10,966 nucleotides of DNA from an uncultured archaeon (GTDB taxonomy: Archaea; Asgardarchaeota; Lokiarchaeia; Sigyniarchaeales; SOKP01), in assembly GCA_964583985.1 (NCBI GenBank), contig CAZOYD010000093.1, forward strand, positions 1 to 10,966, written 5' to 3'. A program made the position numbers and the translations under genes. Positions 1 to 7,834 of the stretch are shown here, piece by piece (the first letter of the stretch is position 1; every line of letters begins with the position of its first letter). The notes below the pieces were generated by a model. It was not told the DNA's origin. It searched no databases and worked only from the letters and a program-made list of their open reading frames with translations.

Positions 1-99
1 TTTACTTCTGAAAACTTGCTTTCCGATAATTGAAAAATTGATAAAATTAATGTGATAATCGGGAATCCTAAAATACAATTTCAAAATACCCTCGTTTAA

Positions 100-909
100 C
101 TATAAAAAGGGTTTTAAAATCTCTTCCGTTTTTTTCCATAATCGTTTTTGGATCTCTTTGTCATAAGTAATATCTTTAGAGGATTCTGGACGATTATTCA
201 CAAAATACTTACCACTCACTTTTTTTATCTCTGGGGCGATAGCAGCAAAAATTAAAGCATTGGCCCCTTCAATAGGAGAGGCACCTCCCACTCCAAATGC
301 GGATCTTAGCAATTTTGTATTTATTACTCCCGGATGCAGAGCATTAATAGTTACATTTGTATCTCGTAATCGCTCTGCAAAATAAAATGTAAATAAGATA
401 AGAGCTAATTTCGAATTGGCATAAGCTTTTACTCCAGTATAACCCTTTTCTAGCTGCAAATTATCGAAATCAATATGATTGGAATGAACTTGTGAAGCTA
501 CATTCACAATTCGTCCTGATTCTGCCTTTTTAAGTAGATCAAGCAAGAGATTGGATAAAAGAAATGGTGCTAAATAATTCACTACAAAGGTCTCTTCTAG
601 TCCATTTTGATTATAAATTTGTTTAGATCTATAAACTCCTGCGTTATTAATTAAAACATCTAATTTATCAAATTTATCGTGAATTTCGCTAGCCATCATT
701 TTTATTTGGTTGAAATCCAGTAAATCAGCAATCACATAACTCAGGTTATTTCTATTAGATTCTTTTACAATCATTCGTACTGCTGATTCTGCTCTTTCCC
801 GATTTCTTCCATGAACAATTACGTGATGACCAGCCTTTGCTAACTCAATTGCAGATTGATATCCAATACCATCTGTTGAACCCGTGATTAAAATAGTTTT
901 TTTATCCAT
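100..909 (-). CDS. Short-chain dehydrogenase/reductase (classical SDR, retinol dehydrogenase/WWOX-like subgroup)
   Basis: TGSTDGIG (TGxxxGxG cofactor motif), NNAG, catalytic S in NVAS, YANSK (YxxxK), HPGVINT and SGKYF tail. ATG at 909-907 is preferred over the TTG at 939 because GAGGAG lies just upstream on the minus strand. Confidence 0.93.
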   Translation of the reverse strand: MDKKTILITGSTDGIGYQSAIELAKAGHHVIVHGRNRERAESAVRMIVKESNRNNLSYVIADLLDFNQIKMMASEIHDKFDKLDVLINNAGVYRSKQIYNQNGLEETFVVNYLAPFLLSNLLLDLLKKAESGRIVNVASQVHSNHIDFDNLQLEKGYTGVKAYANSKLALILFTFYFAERLRDTNVTINALHPGVINTKLLRSAFGVGGASPIEGANALIFAAIAPEIKKVSGKYFVNNRPESSKDITYDKEIQKRLWKKTEEILKPFL

Positions 910-1308
910 ATGTTCTCTCCTCAATTCAAATCTGTACAAATTCTTTGATTTCGTTAGTATATCCTATCGAAAATCATAAATTGTCAAATGTTTATTATTA
1001 TATCATTAAAATGCCTATAAAAAAGACATCACAATAATTAATCAAGGAGCACCCATCTTTACCAAATAAGAGTAATAATTTGTTAACCAATTTTTATGAA
1101 TAATAATATTTTAACTTAAATGAGATCATGAAACCGTTAATGTATATAGAACATGAAAAGTCGAAGATTCTTGCTCCCATTTTCTTTAAATTTTAATTTT
1201 TGTTCCCAATCTTCAAAATACGCACCTTTTTTAAATTTTAATAAAGCAATAATATAATTATATAAGTAAATACTATCCAATAATTACTGAAAGAAGTGTT
1301 ATTGACTA

Positions 1309-1620
1309 ATGGATAAAGAACTTATAAGCATGTGTGGAGCATATTGCGGGTCATGCGAATGGAAAGAAAAAACTAATTGCCCAGGATGCCAAGCATGTAA
1401 AGGAGAAATGTTCTGGGGCGAATGTACGGTAGCAAAATGCTGTTCCGAAAGAGGATATATTCATTGTGGTTTTTGCCCAAATTTACCTTGTGCAGAGCTT
1501 CAACAAGCATTCAATCATCCTGAACATGGAGATCATGGTGAAAGATTGGCTAATCTAAAGAACTGGGCCAAGGGAGATGAAACGATTATAAGGTTGGGGA
1601 CCTTTCCTAAGAAATTTTAG
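1309..1620 (+). CDS. Cys-rich small metal-binding protein, DUF3795-like
   Basis: 12 Cys in the pattern CGAYCGSC...CPGC..C...C....CC.......HCGFC...PC, typical of DUF3795 proteins. A TTATATAA TATA-like box lies at 1258-1265. Confidence 0.85.
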   Translation: MDKELISMCGAYCGSCEWKEKTNCPGCQACKGEMFWGECTVAKCCSERGYIHCGFCPNLPCAELQQAFNHPEHGDHGERLANLKNWAKGDETIIRLGTFPKKF

Positions 1621-1828
1621 CTCAAGCATCATCATAATAACAAAAAAAATAAGATAAAGAAAAATAAGTATATTTTTTTTCTTGAAATAGTTAGAATAGT
1701 CGCTAACTTCTTGTAAAAACTATTAATTAAACAATAAGCTATTTAGATATATTATTATTAATTAGATTAGGTAGAATTATACATTAAAATGTGAAAGAGA
1801 TTAAAATTAAAATTGAGTGTTATTGAAC

Positions 1829-2641
1829 ATGAGTGAACAAGAAGAGAAATTACTGCTGGAAAAAAAGGGAAAAGTTGCGTATATCACCATCAACAACCCG
1901 AAAAAGAAGAATGCGATTGAAGTGCCCATGATTTATAAGTTCTTAGAGTTTCTGGATGAGGTGGATGCGGATCCTAAAGTCCGATGCTTGGTCATTCGAA
2001 GCACGGGCGATGACGTGTTTTGCGCGGGATGGGACTTGGCAATGTTTGAATCCGTGGATCAAAAAAGTATCGATACTTTGCTCAATGATGGTGCGCGCAT
2101 CTCTAAAAAAATCCATTTCCTGAAGAAGCCCGTGATCATGCAAATTCAAGGTCCCGCAGTTGGCACGGGCACCATCATGACGCTGCTTGCAGACGTGAGG
2201 ATCGTGGCAAACAAGAAAAATATCTTTTTTCAACTACCCGAGTTGATCATTGGTCCAGGAATTTTTCCTGCAACGGGTCCCACGGTTGGAGCTGTAAAGC
2301 TCTTAGGGAACGCTAGGGCAAAAGACATGTTATTCACCGGAAGGAGAGTGAGCTTAGAAGAATTCAATTCTTGGGGCGTAATTAATCAGATAGTCGACCC
2401 TCCCGAAGATCTAGCCAACGCGGTCATAAATTTTGCTAAAGAACTCTCCCGAAAATCTCTTGAAATATTAGCTCTTACCAAAAATGCCATAAATACCATG
2501 TCCACGCGGTTGGCCAATGAGTTTTATAACCTCGAAAATGATTATGCAGAGTATTATTTTGCAGGGCTGAAAGGAGAATCTAGAATCGGGTTGGATGAAT
2601 TTCTGCAAAAAATGACCAAAAAATATACCACGTTGAATTAA
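1829..2641 (+). CDS. Enoyl-CoA hydratase/isomerase (crotonase) family protein
   Basis: ITINNPKKKNA, FCAGWDL (oxyanion hole), KPVIMQIQGPAVGTG, FQLPE, AKDMLFTGR. ATG at 1829 is preferred over GTG at 1817. Confidence 0.92.
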   Translation: MSEQEEKLLLEKKGKVAYITINNPKKKNAIEVPMIYKFLEFLDEVDADPKVRCLVIRSTGDDVFCAGWDLAMFESVDQKSIDTLLNDGARISKKIHFLKKPVIMQIQGPAVGTGTIMTLLADVRIVANKKNIFFQLPELIIGPGIFPATGPTVGAVKLLGNARAKDMLFTGRRVSLEEFNSWGVINQIVDPPEDLANAVINFAKELSRKSLEILALTKNAINTMSTRLANEFYNLENDYAEYYFAGLKGESRIGLDEFLQKMTKKYTTLN

Positions 2642-2670
2642 TTATATATTTCATTGTAACATTATAACAA

Positions 2671-2700
2671 ACTCAAGCATTTTTTTAATTTTGTTTGAGT
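2671..2700. terminator. Imperfect hairpin with T-rich loop between convergent genes
   Basis: ACTCAAGCA (2671-2679) / TGTTTGAGT (2692-2700) with one G-U pair. The loop contains a T run, and the site is 30 nt after the crotonase stop. Confidence 0.35.
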
Positions 2701-2773
2701 AATGTTTAGGTTTAGAAAAATAAGTAATCTCATGTACTTTTTTCAAAAGAAAATTAAGAAAATAAGGGAAATT

Positions 2774-3661
2774 TTAATTATTTGCTTTATCTGCGTTTTT
2801 AGCAATAGCCTCTACGACTTGAGACCAGATAGGAGATGGTAAACTATGTCCCATGCCCTCAATGATTAACAATTCCGCTCCTGGTATACATTCTGCTGTT
2901 TCTTTACCACCTTCAATTGGGACTAAAGGATCATCACCACCATGAATTACAAGTGTGGGAACTTTTATTGTTTTAAGTTTTGGACCGCGGTTTTCAGCCC
3001 CCAATACTGCAAGCATTTGTCTTTTCATTCCTTGAGGATAAAAAGAACGGTCATAGGCGGTAGCGGCTCGCACACGGTATAAATCTTCAGGATAAGGAAA
3101 TCCAGATCCATATAGGATGCGCCAATTTTTCACCGATTGTTTAATGTATGCTTCACGCTCTGTAGGCGATGGTTTTATTAAAACTTGCATTGCTTCTGGT
3201 CTCGCTTGAGGGAGATCGGGATTTCCTGTCGTACTCATGATAGATGTTAGACTCAGAACGCGGTTTGGATGATTTAATGCAATTAGCTGAACTATCATTC
3301 CTCCCATCGAGGCACCACAAATATGAGCTTTTTCTATGTTAAGCGCATCCAAAAGACCAACCGCATCGTTAACCATGTCATCCATAGTATAGGGAGGTGA
3401 TATGGTCTTGCCTTTCTGCAGTGCCATGAATTCTTTCATTATATCTGGATCACCAGCCTCTTCAAATTTGGTAGATAACCCTATATCTCGATTATCGAAA
3501 CGAATCACGTAAAACCCCTTATCCACAAACATCTCACATAATTCCTCGTCCCAAGAAATCATCTGAGATCCTAATCCCATTACTAAAAGTAAAGGTTTTG
3601 CTGAAGGATCTCCAAACGTGTCATACTCTATCTCAATATTATTAGCTTTCGCTTTTGGCAT
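2774..3661 (-). CDS. Alpha/beta-fold hydrolase (esterase/lipase, RdmC/LipG-like)
   Basis: LLVMGLG oxyanion loop, RFDNRDIGLS, nucleophile elbow GASMGG, catalytic Asp in HGGDDPLV and His in GMGH. Confidence 0.93.
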   Translation of the reverse strand: MPKAKANNIEIEYDTFGDPSAKPLLLVMGLGSQMISWDEELCEMFVDKGFYVIRFDNRDIGLSTKFEEAGDPDIMKEFMALQKGKTISPPYTMDDMVNDAVGLLDALNIEKAHICGASMGGMIVQLIALNHPNRVLSLTSIMSTTGNPDLPQARPEAMQVLIKPSPTEREAYIKQSVKNWRILYGSGFPYPEDLYRVRAATAYDRSFYPQGMKRQMLAVLGAENRGPKLKTIKVPTLVIHGGDDPLVPIEGGKETAECIPGAELLIIEGMGHSLPSPIWSQVVEAIAKNADKANN

Positions 3662-3949
3662 TATTATTACCTTTGGTTTCTTTTATTGTTATTTACATTT
3701 TGCTCTTTTCTTATTTAAAAATTTCTTTTATGTTTGTCTTTTTTTATTACGCATCCATACACCATGGATTTGGAGATTATCACCATGGGATATTTATTAA
3801 AATTCTATTCCATTTGATTATTAATTTAATTCTGAATTCCAAAATGATCCAAAGACTATAATATTATGAGATTTATTATAACTAAGAGTCAAGAAATACA
3901 TACAATGTAATATAAATTTTAATGATAGCTTAAATTTGGAGCAATTATT

Positions 3950-5959
3950 ATGGGGATTGAAAAAAATAATGAAGATCCAACAGAAAGGGAAAATTTAGAA
4001 AAAGATTTAATAGATAAGGAAAGACTCGAACTAGAAAAAAGAGAAACGGAAAGACAACGACTGGAGGAAGAAAGATTAAAACAAGATAGGATCGAACAAG
4101 TAAGACTTGAAAGAGAACGACTTGAAAGAGAACGATTTGAGCAATTGAAATTGGATGCTAGACTATTTCCCAATCACTCACTTTTCATGATACCGAGTTG
4201 GAGTGATTTATTAGGAAATCCTACATTAGGTACCTATGTCAATCATCCGGTTTCGAACATTGAAGAAGATCCTGTCATATTTTTCAGTGAGTACGATTAT
4301 TCAATTGAGATCCCAAAAGGAAAAATTCACTTTCTATTTGGTTTGGGTTATTATTTCATTAAATTTGAATTAGAATCGGGTAAATATGTGACTGACAATA
4401 GAATTCTAACAGGATTGGTTTTATCAGATTTCGTATACGACCTGATGGCGACCTCCGGAAATATCACTTTAGAAGACGATCGAGATGTGATTATTGCAGA
4501 AAAAGTAATAAAAATCCCACTTGATCTGTCAAATAAATCAGACGATCATTTAACATTTATAAAGGGAGCGTTGATGCGAAACGTTTTCATACCTAATAAG
4601 GATATATTCTTGGAAATGATGGATAAAATTCGCGCAACTGATTCTTATCAGATTTCAGATGATGGTCATGCGATAATAAGCGCCCATCGGGACCATTTTA
4701 ATCAAATTTTGGTGTCTGATAAAATGAGCGCCAAGGTAAATTCTTCCTACTTCAATCCAACAGCAGGATTGGATGGAATTACTTCCATGGCAGACACCCT
4801 TTTAGGGGAAACAATTTCCCCCGAAAATCTTACTATTATTGAATATAATATAAAAACCCTGAAACAAGCTTATTCACATCTTGAATTTGATCCAATGTAT
4901 CTTTTCTCCATATTAGAAAAAGCAGCTTTAGCATTGAATTCAGAAGCTGTAACTATTCATTCAAACCAAGTAAAGGCAGGAGCTCAAAAGCTTTTAAAGC
5001 AATCAATCTTTCTTTCAGCAGAGAATCATCTTAATGAATTTACAGGTTGGCCAATGCAATTCTCAAGAAAAGCCAAGAAAAAATCCATTGTATTACCTAA
5101 ATTCGTAGAAACTCCTTTGGAATGGGATCAAATCGATGTAAAAAGATCTACTATTTCTGATCTTAGAACAACAGAGATAAGAGAAGTGGAACAAGAATCT
5201 TTTGAATTAGATCGTTTAAAATCCGAAACCGTCGAAAAAAAACCATTACCTCCTGCTCCAAAACCAGATATTAAGCAGATACTATTATATTTAAAGCAAG
5301 TAATAGAGGGGAATTATGAAATGCTATCCATTGGACAAGCTTTTGAACTTGCAAGGGAAACAGCACGAAAAATGGGTGTTAGTGCTACTACAATACATCA
5401 AGCAAAAATCTGGGAGATGAGTAAATTCGCAAATATCTATATTAAAAAAGAACCTGGTTTTGGATTGCCTGAAAAAGAGATGGGAGATTTAATATTAAAA
5501 GTCGATAAGTGGATTTTTGAGATTGAAGAAAGTGAAAGATTAGAGAGAGAACGTCTGGAACAAATTCGTTTAGAAAAAGAAAGCCTTGAACGATTAGAAC
5601 GAGAAAGATTGGAAAGAGAAAAACAAGAGAAGGAGAGAAGAGAAAGAGAACGTCTCGAACAAATTCGCTTAAAAAAAGAAAGACTCGCACAAGAACAGTT
5701 AGAAAGAGAACGACTAGAAAAAATAGAAAGAGAGAAAGAGGAAGCTCTCACACTAGAAAAAGAAAAAATTGAAAAAGAAAGGGAAGAAAGAGAAGCTGTT
5801 GAGCGAGAAAAACAGGAACTTGAAAGATTAAAGAGGGAGCGAAAACAAAAAGAAAAAGAAGCAAAACTAGAGAGGAAAAAGAAAAAGAAACTAGAGAAAC
5901 AAAGGATAAAATTAGAAAAAAAGAAGCAAAAGGAACAAGAAAAATTGAAGAATCTATGA
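3950..5959 (+). CDS. Hypothetical 669-aa protein with N- and C-terminal E/R/K-rich pentapeptide-repeat helices flanking unrecognised globular domains
   Basis: Long ATG-started ORF with GGAG upstream. ERERL/EQIRL repeats occur at aa ~20-70 and ~525-620, followed by a Lys-rich tail. The central region has ordinary globular composition and a PLPPAPKP linker. Confidence 0.88.
   Translation: MGIEKNNEDPTERENLEKDLIDKERLELEKRETERQRLEEERLKQDRIEQVRLERERLERERFEQLKLDARLFPNHSLFMIPSWSDLLGNPTLGTYVNHPVSNIEEDPVIFFSEYDYSIEIPKGKIHFLFGLGYYFIKFELESGKYVTDNRILTGLVLSDFVYDLMATSGNITLEDDRDVIIAEKVIKIPLDLSNKSDDHLTFIKGALMRNVFIPNKDIFLEMMDKIRATDSYQISDDGHAIISAHRDHFNQILVSDKMSAKVNSSYFNPTAGLDGITSMADTLLGETISPENLTIIEYNIKTLKQAYSHLEFDPMYLFSILEKAALALNSEAVTIHSNQVKAGAQKLLKQSIFLSAENHLNEFTGWPMQFSRKAKKKSIVLPKFVETPLEWDQIDVKRSTISDLRTTEIREVEQESFELDRLKSETVEKKPLPPAPKPDIKQILLYLKQVIEGNYEMLSIGQAFELARETARKMGVSATTIHQAKIWEMSKFANIYIKKEPGFGLPEKEMGDLILKVDKWIFEIEESERLERERLEQIRLEKESLERLERERLEREKQEKERRERERLEQIRLKKERLAQEQLERERLEKIEREKEEALTLEKEKIEKEREEREAVEREKQELERLKRERKQKEKEAKLERKKKKKLEKQRIKLEKKKQKEQEKLKNL
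4104..4133 (+). repeat. Perfect 15-nt tandem repeat GACTTGAAAGAGAAC x2 (encodes LERER units)
   Basis: Copies at 4104-4118 and 4119-4133, followed by a partial GATTTGA. Confidence 0.9.
5542..5682 (+). repeat. 42-nt intragenic direct repeat (38/42 identical), 99 nt apart
   Basis: 5542-5583 versus 5641-5682; both encode ERERLEQIRL(E/K)KE. Confidence 0.85.
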
Positions 5960-5983
5960 ATTTCATAGATCTATTTCATAGAT
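5952..5983. repeat. Palindrome overlapping a stop codon plus an 11-nt direct repeat; possible terminator or regulatory site
   Basis: ATCTATGAA-T-TTCATAGAT (5952-5970); ATTTCATAGAT at 5960-5970 and 5973-5983. Confidence 0.55.
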
Positions 5984-6086
5984 TTATAATTAAAAAAATA
6001 ATGATCGTAAAATAACCGAAGAAAATTTTATCTTTTCTTTTTAGCTTTTTATTAAATTCTTATAGAAAATTAACTAAATTTATAGT

Positions 6087-6539
6087 ATGAATAATAATAT
6101 AACAAAACTTAAGTGGATAAATTATATTGAAAATAAAAAAAATCTAAGTCAGATGTTCAAAGTCGCATTTACTCATACTTCTTTTAAAGGGTTAAATTCT
6201 TCAGTTGAAACTAATGCAAATTTAGAATTAATAGGTGACAAAGTATTAGATTTAGCTCTATATGATTACCTTTATTCTAAATTTTCTAATTCAATTTCGA
6301 AAAAACAAATGGATGATTATAGACAAAAACTTTTGAGTAAGACTGGTTTAGAGAAGATCTTTAATATTTTAGACCTGGAAAAATTTGTGGTCAAACCACC
6401 AAACCATAAGTTAGAATTCAATCCTAAGGTAAAACATAATATTGTAGAAGCTCTTACGGGAGCTATCTATTTAGAAGATGGCTACAAAGATGCCTACAAT
6501 TTTTTAAATGAATTACTTATAAAAGATTTAAAAACTTAA
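6087..6539 (+). CDS. Stand-alone ribonuclease III catalytic domain protein (no dsRBD)
   Basis: AFTHTSF (cf. ALTHRS), NANLELIGDKVLDL (cf. signature NERLEFLGDxVL), HNIVEALTGAIYLEDG (cf. ADxxEAxxGAIYLDxG). The protein ends about 20 aa later, leaving no room for a dsRBD. Confidence 0.88.
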   Translation: MNNNITKLKWINYIENKKNLSQMFKVAFTHTSFKGLNSSVETNANLELIGDKVLDLALYDYLYSKFSNSISKKQMDDYRQKLLSKTGLEKIFNILDLEKFVVKPPNHKLEFNPKVKHNIVEALTGAIYLEDGYKDAYNFLNELLIKDLKT

Positions 6540-6587
6540 ATAGCAAAACAGGTATGTTACATAAATACAAATTCTTCGTGAAACGGT

Positions 6588-6636
6588 TATTGTTTAATAT
6601 AGTATATCTGTAATTAACCCTTAATATTGTTTAATA
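6588..6636. repeat. 12-nt direct repeat TATTGTTTAATA x2
   Basis: Copies at 6588-6599 and 6625-6636 in the convergent intergenic gap. Confidence 0.7.
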
Positions 6637-6639
6637 CTG

Positions 6640-6966
6640 TTAAAGATCTTTCTCTTCGAATAATTTGTTAGATCTTTCTAACTCCTCTTCCATTTCTGAG
6701 TTTGATAAAGGAGGAGCTTGAATTTTTTCACGTTCCACATATTCCATCATTTTATAAATGGAAACTTTAGCAAGAACTGCAGCTTCGGCGAGACTGACAA
6801 GTCCCTTTCTGTATTTCTCGCTGACTTCTTTTAATCGATACTCTTCAATTTGAGTTAACAAGAATTTTCTTATTAGCGATGAACGATCTATTCGTTCTTT
6901 TTCACTTATTTGATTTAACTCTTCAATTTCTTTTTCGTCCAATCTTGTTGATACCACACCTGTCAT
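6640..6966 (-). CDS. RHH + UPF0175-type putative antitoxin (third gene of the operon)
   Basis: N-terminal RHH pattern VVSTRLDEKEIEELNQISEKERIDRSSLIRK, then YRKGLVSLAEAAVLAKVSIYKMM (UPF0175 HTH). Starts 3 nt after the PIN gene stop. Confidence 0.85.
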   Translation of the reverse strand: MTGVVSTRLDEKEIEELNQISEKERIDRSSLIRKFLLTQIEEYRLKEVSEKYRKGLVSLAEAAVLAKVSIYKMMEYVEREKIQAPPLSNSEMEEELERSNKLFEEKDL

Positions 6967-6969
6967 TTC

Positions 6970-7473
6970 TTAATCCTCTTCAATAATTTTTTCTACATAA
7001 CAATATACATCCGATGATAAATACATGATTTCATTGACTTTTTTCAAGTATTGCAATGCTTCTGATTTTCCAAATAATTTATATTTGAATAATCTGATTA
7101 GAATTCCTAAAGTTCCAGAAACTCTAATACCTAATTTACGAGCATAAATTCTAGCTTCTTCATCATCTAGAAAAATTGTATCTGTATTAGATTGTATTGC
7201 GAGAAGGATTGCATTAATTTCGGCTTCATGTAACTTAATGCTGGAGATCATATCATTACTTTTTTTAACAGTTCTTACTTTTATCTTCTCATTTTTGATT
7301 GCACGTTCAAGAATATACGCGTCAGAATGACCTTGTTCTTTACCCTTTACGATTATTTCATCGTAGACTTGTGGAGGAATAATGATTAAATCAAACAACT
7401 CAAAAACATAATCAAGTAATCCCGCTAAAGTAAGATGAATTAAAGGTCCTGAATTACTCACCGCGACTCTCAT
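6970..7473 (-). CDS. PIN-domain putative toxin, DUF3368 family
   Basis: VAVSNSGPLIHL, IPPQVYDEI, LHEAEINAI, FLDDEEAR and GTLGIL motifs. The ATG at 7473-7471 overlaps the upstream gene by 20 nt. Confidence 0.9.
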   Translation of the reverse strand: MRVAVSNSGPLIHLTLAGLLDYVFELFDLIIIPPQVYDEIIVKGKEQGHSDAYILERAIKNEKIKVRTVKKSNDMISSIKLHEAEINAILLAIQSNTDTIFLDDEEARIYARKLGIRVSGTLGILIRLFKYKLFGKSEALQYLKKVNEIMYLSSDVYCYVEKIIEED

Positions 7474-7762
7474 CAAGTTCACGCTCTAATTCCTGAGTGG
7501 AAATTGGAAAAGGTACATTTGATTCACGTAAAAATTGTAGAAATGAACGATAAGATTCACCACAATACTCAGCAGCTTTCCAAACCGTCCACTCTTTTAT
7601 TCGTATTTTTTCTAAAGCCTCTTTTCTCTTTAATTCTCTGATTCCTAATCCAATAGCTTGACGAGCAACGTTAGATTTATCTGTCTTTAGTTTTTTTGCA
7701 ATATTATCTAGCTCTTCATCTTCTTTCTCATCAATACGAACTGATAAAGTTTTCATGGTCAT
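7454..7762 (-). CDS. RHH + UPF0175-type putative antitoxin (first gene of the operon)
   Basis: KTLSVRIDEKEDEELDNIAKKLKTDKSNVARQAI (RHH), then WTVWKAAEYCGESYRSFLQFLRESNVPF (UPF0175 HTH). The start could be the second ATG at 7756. Confidence 0.85.
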   Translation of the reverse strand: MTMKTLSVRIDEKEDEELDNIAKKLKTDKSNVARQAIGLGIRELKRKEALEKIRIKEWTVWKAAEYCGESYRSFLQFLRESNVPFPISTQELERELDESRGE

Positions 7763-7790
7763 GTATACAATATCTTAATTTGTATATAAA
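7762..7790 (-). promoter_or_regulatory. Archaeal TATA box (TTTATATA) overlapped by an inverted-repeat operator
   Basis: Minus-strand TTTATATA at 7790-7783 ends about 20 nt before the ATG (leaderless geometry). TGTATACAA (7762-7770)-N9-TTGTATATA (7780-7788) is an 8/9 inverted repeat. Confidence 0.65.
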
Positions 7791-7834
7791 TATAACCTTA
7801 TATTATCCGAGGTTTAAGATCTAATTTGTAAAAT

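Noticed and set aside
1-33. Possible 3' end of an upstream + strand gene (FTSENLLSDN*)
   Set aside because: Too short to support from this window.
1943-2233. 96-aa minus-strand ORF
   Set aside because: Antisense shadow inside the well-supported crotonase gene.
3618-3861. Two hydrophobic + strand ORFs (60 and 68 aa) and a repeated CACCATGG
   Set aside because: They overlap the hydrolase start and promoter, their hydrophobicity reflects T-rich DNA, and the 8-mer repeat is too short to interpret.
3919-5966. Ser/Leu/Phe-rich minus-strand ORFs (3919-4173, 5437-5751, 5442-5690, 5748-5966)
   Set aside because: Antisense shadows of the purine-rich GAA/AGA repeats in the 669-aa gene.
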